The position numbers were made by a program, and so were the translations under genes. 64,000 bases of DNA from Octopus sinensis (Eukaryota): positions 51,708,001 through 51,772,000 of the forward strand of contig NC_043006.1 of the NCBI RefSeq assembly GCF_006345805.1, read 5' to 3'. How positions within the stretch are numbered: position 1 is the stretch's first letter; the number at the start of each line of letters is the position of its first letter. Positions 24,365 through 36,720 of the stretch are shown in pieces. The notes below the pieces were generated by a model. The model was not told the DNA's origin and made no database searches. It saw only the letters and a program-made list of their open reading frames with translations.

Positions 24365-27300
24365 TTCAGTAGTTTTATTTTTTTATAGCGTGCTTTCACT
24401 TTACTACCGAGTGCAGCTCTGTGTGTCTTGGGTATGTGCTGTGATTTTTGTGATGCTCTTATGGTTATTGTATGGAAAGTGTTCTGCGTAGGATGTGTGC
24501 AGTGCCTAGTAGTGCAATTTTCTGTATGTTATATGTGTTTGTAAGTCCTGGTGTTTTTGTTACGTATTTGTCTGAATATTTTTTTATCATGCCTAATGCA
24601 CCTACTATGATAGGAATTGTTTCTGTTTTTAGATTCCACATTCTGGTTACCTCCATTTCAAGGTCTTTGTATTTTGAAAGTTTCTCCATTTCTTTTAGAG
24701 ACATGTTGTCATCTGCCGGTATTGATACATCAATTAGAAAGCATTTTTTTCCTTCATGATCTCTGACAACTATATCTGGTCTGTTGGCCTTAATTTCTCT
24801 ATCTGTGTGTATCGGCATATCCCAGAGTATGGTTGCTTTCTCGTTTTCTGTGACCTTTTCTGGTGTGTGCCTATACCATCTTTTTTCTGTTGTTATTCCA
24901 TAATGTTGGCATAGCTTCCAGTGTATGTAGGTTCCAACTCTGTCATGTCTGTGAATATATTCCTTCTTAGCCAGGACTGGGCAGCCAGAGATAATATGAT
25001 TTATTGTTTCTTGTCCATCTCCACATATTCTGCAGTTACTTGTTATATTTCTTTTCATTACATGTTTTTGGTAATTTCTGGTGGGGAGGCTTTGGTCTTG
25101 TGCTGCAATTAAAAATCCCTCTGTCTCTGCTTTGAGTCCTGAGCTTCTCAAGAATTGTTGCTGGGATTTTTCTTTGTCTATTTCTTTTGCATTTAGTTTA
25201 GTCCAGTATTTACCGTGGAGGGGTTTTTCTTGCCATCGTTTTATCATGGTTCTTTGCTGTTCTAGTTTTAGTTTGGATTTCATTTGTTTTATAGCTTTTG
25301 TTGTTTCTTCATCTTCTTCTTCTTTATATTTGTTAGGTGGTATGATTTCTTGTTTGTATTTGTCAGCTTCCTTAAATACTGAGAACAGTTTTTTGTTTTG
25401 CTCGTGTTTTGCCGCTATTTGTATCAGTTTTCCTTCCTTCTGAAGTAGATATTTTTGCAGTCCTATGGTGGTTATTTTATAGTAGTTTTCCAGCTGTAGA
25501 AGGCCTCTACCACCTTCTATACGTTGTATATATAGTCTTTCTATGTCAGATTTTGGGTGATGCATCCTAGACCCTGTCATTATTTTTCTTGTTTTCCTAT
25601 CTATTTTGGTCAGTTCATTTAGTGTCCAGTTAAGGATATTGTAGCTGTAACTTATAACTGGGACAGCTAAAGTGTTAATACCTATTATCTTGTTTTTAGC
25701 ATTGAGCTCTGTTTTTAATATTGATGTAACTCATCTATAATATTCTTTTTTTATTTTCTCTTTCATTTGTGTGTGTTGTGTCTTATCTAGTTCATGGATT
25801 CCTAAGTATTTGTAAGTTTGGCTTTGGTCTAATTCTTTTATTTCATTGGTTTTATCTAGTGTGATGTTGCTACTCTTAACTAGTTTTCCTCTTTTCATGG
25901 TTACTTTGGCGCATTTTTCTAATCCAAATTTCATATCTATTTCTTTGGTAAATCCATGAACTGTCTTTAATAGTGTTTCCAGCTGTTTGTCATTTGCAGC
26001 ATATAGTTTTAGGTCATCCATATATAAAACGTGGCTGATCGTTTTGCCGTAACATTTATATCCGCATCCAGTTCTATTTAGCATATCAGATAGAGGTGAC
26101 AGTGCCAAGCAGAAAAGGAGTGGAGAGAGCGTGTCTCCCTGGAATATTCCTCTTCTAATGGGGATGGCTTTGGTTTTCATGAGTTCCTCTTTTGTTTGGA
26201 GCTGTAGCACTGTTTGCCATTTATTCATAGAGTGCCCAATGAATTTTATAATTGTTGGTGCTACTTTGTTAATGGCTAGTGTTTCGAGGATCCATGTGTG
26301 GGGGATGCTATCAAACGCCTTTTTTTAGTCAATCCAGGCCATACTGAGGCCTTTCTTCTTTCTGTGGCTGTCTTCAGTTATGGCTTTATTGATCATTAGT
26401 TGATCTTTACAGCCGTATGAGCCTTTGCGGCATCCTTTCTGCTCTTCTGGAAACATGTTGTTTTCGTCTAGGTGCTTGTTCAACCTTTGCGATATCACTG
26501 CAGTAAATGCCTTGTACATCGTAGGGAGACAGGTTATTGGTCTGTAGTTTTCTGGTTTTGCTATCTCATTTGATTTGGGAATTAAGATGGTTTTCCCCTT
26601 CGTGAGCCTATTCAGGCATTGTCTCTGGCTCTGCTAGTATGTTGTTAAAATTTTCAGCCAGCTTTTTGTGCATTCCTGTTAGATATTTCAACCAGAAGTT
26701 GGGGATCTTGTCATGCCCAGATGCCTTCCAGTTGCTTAGTCTTTGCAGTGCCTGGGTGGCCTCTTCAGTTGTTATGGGGGTCCAAAGTTGCTCAGATGCT
26801 GAGTTTGTTATTTCAATACTCCTTTTTTTTGGTTGTTCGTTCGCCGATCATATTTCTCTCCAGAATTCTTCCACTTCTTCTGCTGTTGGTGCTGCAGTGA
26901 TTTCTATTTTATTTTTGCCAAGTTCTTGGTTGAACTTTTTGGGGTTGGAGTTGAACTTTTTGTTTTGTTCAATGAAGCGCTGGCATTTCTCGTACCGGCG
27001 GATCCTTTGAGCTTTGGCAAGGATATCTTGCTTTAGCTTTTCTTTTATCTCAGGTAAATCTTTTTGTGTGATGTTGTATTTGCGGAGTATTTTTGTTTTC
27101 TTTTTGTTGCTCAGTAGCGTTGATTGTCTACTGATTTCATTAAGAATCGACAGATCTTTTCTTATTTTTTGTATTTTGTTTTGGATGTTATTTATCCACA
27201 GGGTTTGTTTGGGTGGTGGTACTCCTGTTTGGACGGGTTTGAGTGAGTATCCAGCTTCTTTTGTGGCTGCAGTGGCTGCTGCGTATACTAAGTTATTTAG

Positions 27301-28375
27301 CTCAGTGATATCGCTTTTTGTTTCAGTGGCTATTAGTTCCGTGACAGCTAGGTTAATGCTGTTTATAATTGGTGTTGTTGTTTCGTCTATTCTGATTTTT
27401 GGGAGGTATGGTCGATGGTCCATTTTGAGCTCTGTGGTTTTTAGTTCTTTGATTATTCTACTTTTTATATTATCATATTCATTAGGCTCCCCTTCATTGT
27501 TTCCAGGTTTTAGATTTGTGTCGTTTTCTTTCTTATTTGTATGTTTGTTTGTCGTGTTACGTTTGTCTTCGTGTTTTACTGTTTCAGTGTTTATATTATT
27601 GGGCATTGTTGTCTGGCTTCTATCTACATTTTCCTGATGTATTTTTTCTTTTAGATGTTCTATTTCTATTTCTGATATTTTTTTTGCGTTGAGAATATAT
27701 CTCCGTATATTTGCTAGTTTGTTAGGGTTCATTGCTATATCCAAGTCTATATTTATGTTGTTTTCCTTCCATATTTTATATGTATGTGTTGTTGTGTTTT
27801 TATTCTTTGGGTAGAGCACTGCTGTAAAATAGGTATGTAGGATAGAAATGTATTCCTCACGTGTCCATTTATGTCTTTTGGGTTTTATTTGCGGAACATG
27901 AGGAACAACGTCCGGCCCATTATTTTGACGGTCGTCATTTTCGTAGAGTACTGGTCCATTCATTTCTGTTGTCACATTGTTTTGCACGTGTAGTTTTTCA
28001 TACATTTTATGTTGTAAGTTTAATGTATGTACTTCCCGATTGCTTTTCTTGGGTTGAATAATATCGGTGTTATTTAATTTCTTCGTAGTTTTTTTGTACA
28101 TAGTGTTTGGGGTCGGAGATGATCTGGTGTTGATGGGTCATAATGTTTCGTGCATGTTTACATGTGTTGTGTTCGAGGTGGAGATGATATCGAGTTAAAA
28201 TACATCATTTCGTTTCGAAAATAGTAATTAATTTCAATGGGTATCACTTACTCAGATATAGTCCAATCCTTTGTCAGTAAATTTTTGGCTCCATACGATG
28301 TCTTTGTATTCGATGTTTGTGGATAGATTTTGGAGCGCTGTTTTAACGCTCTCACATGTTTAACGTCCCCGGTGT
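24365..28375 (-). mobile_element. Full-length R4/Dong retrotransposon (~4 kb; single ORF: N-terminal domain, RT, CCHC, RLE)
   Basis: RHKWTREE; YMDDLKL; CRICGDGQETINHIISGC; RHDRVG; RPDIVV...FLIDVSIP..KE.EKLSKY; bounded by (AAT)n at both ends. Confidence 0.95.
24465..28101 (-). pseudogene. Dong polyprotein ORF with three nonsense codons (26848, 26325, 25731) and one +1 frameshift (~26610)
   Basis: Hand translation across ORF-track pieces 26848..28101, 26325..26519, 25731..26228 and 24465..25580. Confidence 0.88.
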
Positions 28376-28376
28376 A

Positions 28377-28431
<55 letters not shown>

Positions 28432-28434
<3 letters not shown>

Positions 28435-31304
28435 GTTTGACTTTTGCTTTATATTTGTACAAGTTGGCTCCAAATCTCACCCAGAGACCTCAAGAGACAA
28501 CAGGGTTGGAAGTTCATGTTGTTGTTATGCCTAGTGTGCCATATATTTGGGGGGTGGGGATGTTGTACTAATGAATGTCTAAAAAAAAAGGTTTTTTTTT
28601 TTTTTTTAAACCGAAAATTATGTTTGTTTTAAACCTTGAGATTACATAGAGAGTATTTTGCGTAGGATATGAGCAGTTCCCATGAGCACTATCTTTTGAA
28701 CTTCTGCCATTTTTGGGTTTCCTGGTATCTGAGTTAGGTAGCTATCAGCCCCTTTTGCTATCATTCCCAGGGCACCTATGACAACAGGTATTGTTTTAGT
28801 CTTCAGCTTCCACATTTTGCTGATTTCTATTTCAAGATCTTTATATTTGCTCAGTTTTTGGTAGGTCTTGACAGATACGTTTATATCGATTGGGACAGTC
28901 ATATCAATGAGGAGGCATGTTCTTTGTTTGAAGTTTTTCAATATGATGTCTGGCCTATTTGCATCTATCTTCCTGTCAGTTTGAATGGTGAAGTTCCAGA
29001 GGAGTGAGATGTGGTCATTTTCAAGCACTGCGGGTGGTTTGTGTTCCTACCAGTTTTTTTCATGGGGCAAATCCAGGTTTTTACAGATTACCCAGTGAAT
29101 ATATTGTGCAGCTCTATCGTGCCTGTTGAGATACTCTGTAGGCGCTAGAAGACTGCACTTGGAGACCACATGGTCAATGGTTTCATTTTGTTGCTTGCAT
29201 ACACGACACGTTGGACTGCTTCTGATCTTTAATATGTTGGCCTGGTAGTTTCTTGTTGGTAGGCATTGATCTTGAGCTGCTATGATAAACCCCTCTGTTT
29301 CAGATTTTAAGCCAGAGGCCATTAGCCATTGATGGGTCAGGGCTTTGTCGATATCTGCATTATTCGCTCTCTTTGGGTATTTGCCATAGAGAGGTTTTTC
29401 TTGCCATTTATTATTCAGAATATCTAAGGCCGCAGTTTTGGCACGGGTTTTCATGCGCCTAGCTTTTTCTGTGCTTGTTTCTTGTATATCTATCTCTAAT
29501 TCCGAAATTGGTTGTATTCGGAATTCACTTAGATATTCCTTTGCCTGTTTTGTGACTGAGTATGATGCTTTCTTGTTTTCATGTTTTGAGACAAGTTTTA
29601 GCATCCAGTCCTCAGAGTTTTTCAGGTAGGTGTCTAGGCCAATTGTAGCAATCTTCATTGTTATTGCCAGTTGCAAAAGACCACGGCCTCCCTCTTTTCT
29701 TGGCAGATAGAGTCGTTCTGTATCTGCCTTAGGGTGGTGCATTCTATGCATTGTCAACAGTTTCCTTATTTTTCTGTCGAGCTGACATATTTCAGTAATT
29801 GACCAGTTAACAATATTGAAACTGTAAGTCACGACTGGTATAGCTAATGCATTGATTGCTTCGATCCTGTTTCTTGCATTCAGCTCTGTCTTGAGTATTG
29901 CTCTCACTCTTCGATAGCATTCTCTCCTGATCCTTTCCTTCATCTCTGAATGCCTTATTCCGTTCCCTTCAATTATCCCTAGGTACTTGTAGCTCTCCGC
30001 TGGGTCTAGTTCTTTTATGACATTCTGTTGGTCAAGGTTAACGTTAGATGTTTCTGTCATTTTTCCTTTGATAAAGGTAGCCTTTGCACATTTATCGAGG
30101 CCAAATTGCATTCTGATGTCGTCACTGAATTGTTTGACTATCGCTAGTAAGCCCTTGAGTTGTTGATCATTTTTTGCAAAAAGCTTTAAATCATCCATGT
30201 AAACGAGATGATTTATATTTTTATCAAACATTTTATACCCGTACTGCGCATCATTGAGCAGCTTTGAGAGAGGTATTAAGGATAAACAAAAGAGGAGTGG
30301 TGACAGTGAGTCACCCTGGAAAATGCCACACGAAATTTTTACATCACCAGCATTTAGGGATTCACTGTCACTGTTCAGAGTTAGTGTGGTTCTCCATGAT
30401 CTCATACTTACAGTCAAGAAGTTTCGCAGAGTTGGTGCTATCTTATACATTTCAAGGCATTTCCTAATCCAGCTATGTGGTAGGCTATCAAAAGCCTTTT
30501 TATAGTCTATCCAGGCTATTGATAAGTTTTTGTGTCGTTTGTGACAATCTTCTAAGATCATCTTATTGATGAGTAGTTGGTCTTTACAGCCGTAGGATCC
30601 ACGTTTACATCCTTTCTGTTCATTAGGGAATATGCTGCTGTCTGTTAAAAAACTATAGGTATATTCCGTCAGGACAGATGTTAGTGTTTTGTACATAGTT
30701 GTTAAGCAGGTTATGGGTCTATAGTTTTTTGGTTCATTTGTTTCTTCACTTTTTGGAAGCAGGAATGTTAACCCATTAACTAGCCAAGGAGGCATCCTAC
30801 TAGGGTGTTGCAAAACATCATTGTACAGTTCTGTTAGCAGTTCATGGCTCTCTGGGAAGGCATTCAGCCAGAAGTTAGGAATTTTATCCTTTCCTGGAGA
30901 CTTCCATTTGCTTGACCTCCTGAGAGCAGATCTTATATCTTCTACCTTGACACCCTCCACTTTTGCTCTTCTAAGGGGTCCAGTTCTGTAGATATTCTGT
31001 CAATCCAGGGGGCCTTTTCGTTGTGTGTTTTTTCTTCTGCCCAGATTTTATTCCAAAATCTCTGCACTTCTTCTTTTGATGGTACAGACCCTGCAGTAAA
31101 CGCTGTTTTTCCTATCTTCCTGTAAAAATTCTTGGTGTTATTTTTGAACATGTTGTTGTCCTTGAAAAATCTAACACGCTTTTCATACCTCGCTATGCGG
31201 GCAGCTTTGGCAGATACCTTTTGTTTGATGGTTTCTATGGTGGCATCAATATCAAGTATAGTTTTCATATTGTATTTTTTCAGTAATTTTTGGGTTTTTG
31301 TAGG

Positions 31305-31305
<1 letters not shown>
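28432..31305 (-). mobile_element. 5'-truncated R4/Dong retrotransposon, second family, nearly intact
   Basis: ORFs 30942..31379, 29047..30960 and 28642..29028; one frameshift (~30950) and one TAG (29047); RT, CCHC and RLE motifs present. Confidence 0.95.
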
Positions 31306-31367
<62 letters not shown>

Positions 31368-31368
<1 letters not shown>

Positions 31369-33200
31369 CTTCGTAACACAGTGTAAGTAAAAATGCACCA
31401 GAGTTTTTAGTCATGTGTCAAATCACAACAAGGACATTAGGCAGATAATAATTTCCTTAAGATGTGTGCCGTGTCCAATAAGGCTGCATTTTGCAAGACA
31501 TCAATCTTGCATAGAATTTCCAGTTGCCTTAAGAAGTCTTGAATTTTCAATGGGATTGAGCCCAATGCTTCGATCATCACTGGTATCACTTTTACATTAC
31601 CTTGTCACATTCCATACAGTCTTGCCATTTCCACTTTCAGTTCGGAGTACTTGGTGATTTTTTTAACCTCTTTATTCACAACATTCATGTCATTTGGTAT
31701 GGCTACATCAATGATCTGACAGTATTTGTCTCTCTTATTCAATACAACAATATCCAGCTGACAGTGTTTGATTACACAATCCCTTTGAAAATCATAGTCA
31801 CTGAGTATCGTTACTTTTCCATCCTCCTGCATAACTTTACTTGGTACATGCTCATACCAGTTCTCTGTTACTTCGTATTGGTATTTATGGCATAAGAGCC
31901 AATGAAGATACACACACATTTTATTGTGGCGGCACTTGTATTCTTTTTGTGTGAGGCTCTCACATCCACTTACCATATGGGTCACATTTTCCACACACTT
32001 TCCACAGAGTTTGCATTTCTGGGTGTCAGAAGTTTTATAGATGTTATACTTCATGAATTGGTAGCAAGAGCCTAGCCTTGTGCAGCAATGATCAGGCTTT
32101 CGGTGGTATGCTTCAAATCACCTCCCTCAAGCCATGCTCACGATGCTGTATTATCCTTAACGTCCTGTCTATTCCTTTCAAACTGTCTATGCATTGTCAT
32201 TTCAGGAAGGTCTTCTTTTCTCTTCTCCTCAGCTCTTGGTTAAACTCTTCCTTGCCTATCATTTCATCTGCATTTACACCCATATCTTTTGCGGTGTATT
32301 GCAGCAGATCTTCATCACTATTATATAATATAAATACTTGGCAAGCGGTCTCCTTTCACTCCTTATACAATTGTCTATACTAATTAGTCCTCTGCCACCA
32401 TTCTTTCTTTTCATATACAGTCTCATTACGTTTGCTTTAGGGTGTAGTGCCCCATACAGCGTCATCAACTTTCTCGTCCTTCTATCCAGTATTGATATTT
32501 CCTCCTTAGTCCCTTTGAGGGTGGACGCACTATATCTGACCACTGCAACTGCCTAGATATTCATTGTGGTAATCAAATTTTTGGCATTCAATTTGGATTT
32601 CAACACCGTCTTCACCCTTTTTTGATATGCCCCGCTGACTTTGACTTTCATTTCTCTGTGTAGAATGTCATCCAGCTCCCAAATCCCTAAATATCTATAC
32701 CCACTACTGTCGGGTTCACTCATGGTCTCTCCTGATGGTAACTGCAATTCTCTGCAGGTTGCTTTCTTCCCTCTTTTCATATTAAGTACTGAGCATTTGG
32801 TAATCCCAAATTCCATGCCAATGTCCCTACCACACCTCTGGACTGTTTTGGTTAAGGAATCTATCTGTTTTTCAGATTTCCGAAACAATTTCAGATCACC
32901 CATAAACAGAAGATGGTTCAATGATGGGCCTTTCTTCCCACATCGGTAACCCATCTTAACTTTCCCTAAGTGTCATTGTTATGGGTATTAGTGAAATTAC
33001 AAATAGTAATGGAGAAAATGAGTCACCTTGGAAGATTCCCCATTGAAATTCTCCAAGGAATACATTACTTGAGTACAATTTGGTTTTCCACTCTCATGCT
33101 ATGCGTCAGAAAATTTGTGATGTTGTCAGCAACACCAAATATCTGCAGGCACTCAACGATCCAAGAATGAGGCATCATATCATATGCCTTCTAAAAGTCA
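31368..33200 (-). mobile_element. 5'-truncated degenerate R4/Dong retrotransposon, third family
   Basis: LNHLLFMGDLKLF, RLYMKRKNGGRGLIS, CKLCGKCVENVTHMVSGC, AALLDTAHILRKLLSA-stop. Confidence 0.88.
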
Positions 33201-33309
33201 ATCCAAGCCATAGACATATTTATATGATGTTTTTTGTTTTTTTTTTAATGTTTTTTAATTATTATTATTATTATATGTTCATGTGTTCAGACATAGTTTA
33301 ATATTCTTC

Positions 33310-33460
33310 TTCTTCTTGGTATGATATGAAGAAGTTTAATTGCACAAGAATAATTTTTGGGAGTTATTTTCATTTAGGAAGAAAATAAAGATTTCTTTTG
33401 GAAGTTAATTAAATCAAAGTTATCACCTAAAAAGGTTTGTTGTTAGATAAGTTTTCTTTT
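33310..33460 (-). repeat. Third copy of the chimeric-repeat tail
   Basis: ggtatgatatgaagaagtttaattgcacaagaataattt...aaaaggtttgttgtta. Confidence 0.6.
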
Positions 33461-33619
33461 CTTTTCCTGTTTTTGTTTTGTGTTTTTTTTTTTGCGTTTG
33501 CACACATTTAAAATAAGGTGATGATTAATGCCCATCAAATCAAGAACTATGAAGGTGACTTGATTACAGACTTGTCCCCTGAATCCTTCTCTAGCTGAGC
33601 ATTCCTAATCTTGTAGGCT

Positions 33620-33865
33620 CATAGGTGCTGGTGCCATGTAAAAAGCACCTGTTCTGGTGCCATATGAATGCACCCATACTGGTGTTGTGTAAAAGCACCC
33701 AGTACACTCTGTAAAGTGGTTGACATTAGGAAGGACATTCAGCTTTAGAAACCATGCCAAAACTGACTTGGAGCCTGGGAAGCTCTTCAGCTGGCCTGCT
33801 CGTGTCAAACCATCCAACCCATGCCAGCATGGAAAATGGACGTTAAATGATAATGATGGTGATGG
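33620..33865 (+). mobile_element. RTE LINE 3' UTR fragment
   Basis: Ends ccaacccatgccagcatggaaaatggacgttaaatgat, as at 59480-59535. Confidence 0.75.
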
Positions 33866-35038
33866 ATATATTAATTTTGGAGTATTGATATTATGAATGG
33901 TATGTTTTGATTCTTGATGATGATAGTAAACCTTGTTCAAGGCTCTGTGAGTCATGATATAACTGTAAATACTGTGAATTCTATAGGTCGACTGTCTATA
34001 AACACTTATATAAATGCTATCATCATATTAAGCCATCTGACAGGTTAAGGAAGACTGTTACCCCTGCAGGCTATAGCAAATAATCCATAGATGGGTTGTT
34101 TCCTCCATCTCTATCTACCACCCATACTGAAATAGCCCTTGCATCATTTCTTTCTAGCCACTTGGAGGGTGTGTGTTGCCTTATGCTTATCTCTAACATA
34201 AAAGTTGGTCACAAAGGTTTTTATGTCCCTTAACCCAACTGGTATGCCCACCTATTTCTTTCTATGATCATCTGTATGGTGTATCTAATTGCACTAAATG
34301 TTTTCAGCTAATCCTGTTGCCTCATAGATACATCCCTTTGGAACTCCTCCTTTGTCAGCATTTTTCTTATAAAAATGCAGAAATCTAAGTCTGTATCAAT
34401 CGGAGACAGTCAAGAGTGGACACAGGTGCTATACATTCTTTTCTGACTAAATGATTTTAAAAGATCATTTTGTAACTTTGCTTAAATCATGTAACAATTA
34501 GTTTTGTAATATTTAGATAACTCCTACACTGACTAAATAATTAAAAAGAAGTAATTTTTAACTGTGCTTAAATCTTGAATTAATTAGCTATACATTAACT
34601 GCTTCATTTTCTCTAGCTATCTTCTTTCACTGGCAAAGTTGTTATTTGGTAAGTCTATTGTTAACTACATCTAATTGAAGTATTTTGTATCTATTGCTAG
34701 CAGCACTCTAACTTTCATTCTCAGCTAAAGAAACTAACAACACAGCAGAACATTACTATAGCATCAATTAGTTCAAACTCTCTGTGTGAATGTTTTTTTT
34801 TTTATTCCATGTAAATTTGTTTTTCCTCGTCACCACTGTTGTAAAGTGGCCTTTTGCCACTGTTGTATCTGTCTTTTAACGATGGTTGTCGTTCTGACAG
34901 ATATTGTTATATTCGAAAGTCGTCGATAGAATGGTTCTATCTGCCACTGCATGGCCTCCAGTCATACAGTGTTATTATCCTCAAAATGTTGGATTGATAT
35001 AACGTCCACTCAGTATCACAGTATAATTACTTTTTCAG

Positions 35039-35110
35039 CACAGACATGACTATCAACACAGTCTACACATACTTTTGACCTTCCAACCTTCTCCTGTCGA
35101 CTGGCTACTG
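35039..35110 (+). other. Candidate 5' exon of the CFAP119-like gene (unresolved)
   Basis: tttttcag acceptor, TG|gtatat donor; ATG at 35046 is in phase with exon 36245 but there is an in-frame TGA at 35076-35078. Confidence 0.4.
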
Positions 35111-35169
35111 GTATATTTATAATGGTTGGTTGCTACCACTTTTTACCAGGAGGGGTGTACAGTTTCACT

Positions 35170-35380
35170 ATACAACACAGAATCATTAGCATGCCGGGCA
35201 AAATGCTTAGCAGCAATTTGTCCATCTTCGAACATTCTGAGTTCAAATTCCACCAAAGTTGACTCTGCTTTTCATCCTTTCAGAGTCAATAAAATAAGTA
35301 CCAGCTGAGCACGGGACAATGTAACCAACTTACCAATTCCCTTGAAATTGCTGGCCTTGTGCCAAAATTTGAAACCAATA
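35170..35380 (+). mobile_element. tRNA-derived SINE (type C)
   Basis: ctgagttcaaattcc...tttcatcctttc; shared with 23580 and 48410. Confidence 0.7.
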
Positions 35381-35606
35381 TTTTTTGGTAAATGAATGAA
35401 CACTACAAAATCCTATTATGACCAGTTAATAGTTATCTTTAATCATGCAGTATCAAATAGTTAACTCCATTTGGATACTATTGCACTGAAGAAATATATA
35501 TACATTTATAATTATATTTAGAGAAAGACATTTTTACTTTTTGCAATTTATTTAAATAATATTTTAGAAAAGAGAATTTATTAGTATAGAAAAAGTTCTG
35601 CATATA

Positions 35607-36168
35607 TTGGGTTGTCCGGAAAGTTTGTGCCGATTTTTAAAGGAAAGAAAAAGATCAATAAATACTTACCATTACATTTTTAATCAACCAAATATGAACC
35701 ATTTTGTTGCACAATGCATCTCCATCTTTCCTTTAACTTGAAAATACCCTCTTCCCAGAATTGAGGTGATTTCATGGCAAAGAATACATCAAGGTACCTT
35801 TTTATGTCATCCAAGGAATTGAAATTCTTACCGTTAAGACTATTCTGCAGAGACCTGAATAAGTGGAAATCTGAAGGAGCAATATCTGGTGAATATGGAG
35901 GGTGGGGTAACACATCCCAGCCGAACTGCAGCAATTTTTGTCTGGTTCCCAAAGCATCAAGTGCTGAAAATGAACTTATCTTCCATTTTAAAGGGTTACA
36001 GAATTAACACAGGTTATAGGAACATAAACCTTCTTCCACGAAAAGATAGCTTAAACTGTGCTCTAAATGGAGGTGTAGTCAAATCCTATTTTATGGACTC
36101 AACCATGTTTTAAAATAAGTCGAAAGGTAAGCTACTATAAATCGGCACAAATTTTCCGGACAACCCAA
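35607..36168 (-). mobile_element. Internally deleted mariner element (562 bp) with TIRs and TA TSD
   Basis: TIR ttgggttgtccggaaa...; WDVLPHPPYSPDIAPSDFHLFRSLQNSL transposase C-terminus. Confidence 0.93.
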
Positions 36169-36244
36169 TAAATGGAATGTTTTGGGATTTCTTGAATAGT
36201 ATATATAATTTTATCTTTTGTTGTTTATGTTGAAATAACCACAG

Positions 36245-36310
36245 GAATGACTTGAATGCTGACCAAGCACAAGAACTCTTAGATGCTCCAACACTGATTG
36301 ATGTGAGAGA
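36245..36310 (+). CDS. CFAP119: CFAP119/CCDC189-like coding exon (NDLNADQAQELLDAPTLIDVR), phase 2 to 2
   Basis: cag|G...GA|gtaagt; phase matches the next exon. Confidence 0.78.
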
Positions 36311-36349
36311 GTAAGTATTTATTTTAAATATTACATTTCATCATAAAGG

Positions 36350-36515
36350 CATAGGAGTGGCTATGTGGCAAGTAGCTTGCTTATGAACCAGATGGTTCCG
36401 GGTTCAGTCCCACTGCGTGGCACCTACGTGTCTTCTACTATAGCCTCAGGCTGTCCAAAGCCTTGTCAGTGGATTTGGTAGATGGAAACTGAAAGAAGCC
36501 CGTCGTATATATGTA
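36350..36515 (+). mobile_element. tRNA-derived SINE (type B), 5' half
   Basis: A-box-like TGGCTATGTGG, B-box-like GGTTCAGTCCC. Confidence 0.85.
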
Positions 36516-36519
36516 TATA

Positions 36520-36720
36520 TATATGGAGCCGTCTGTTGAGGCATGGTTTCAATGACTGGATGCCCTTCCTCATGCCACCCACTTAACAGAGTGTGCTCTG
36601 GGTGTTTTTTATGTGCCACTGGCACAGGTATGTTCATGCAACACCAGCATGGGTGTGTCAATACAGCACTGGCATGGTTGCTTTTTGTGTGGCACCAGTA
36701 CCTGTAAGGACAAGCCTGTA
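36520..36720 (-). mobile_element. RTE 3' UTR-related fragment
   Basis: Reverse complement contains gtggcacataaaaacaccc and ggaagggcatccag, as in 59210-59410. Confidence 0.6.

Noticed and set aside
26320-26850. Idea that the full-length Dong lesions are homopolymer sequencing errors and the copy is intact
   Set aside because: Hand translation shows three true nonsense substitutions and an insertion outside a homopolymer
27014-27637. Long hydrophobic plus-strand ORFs (also 20468-20953, 54819-55319, 8321-8854 minus)
   Set aside because: Antisense shadows of retrotransposon ORFs
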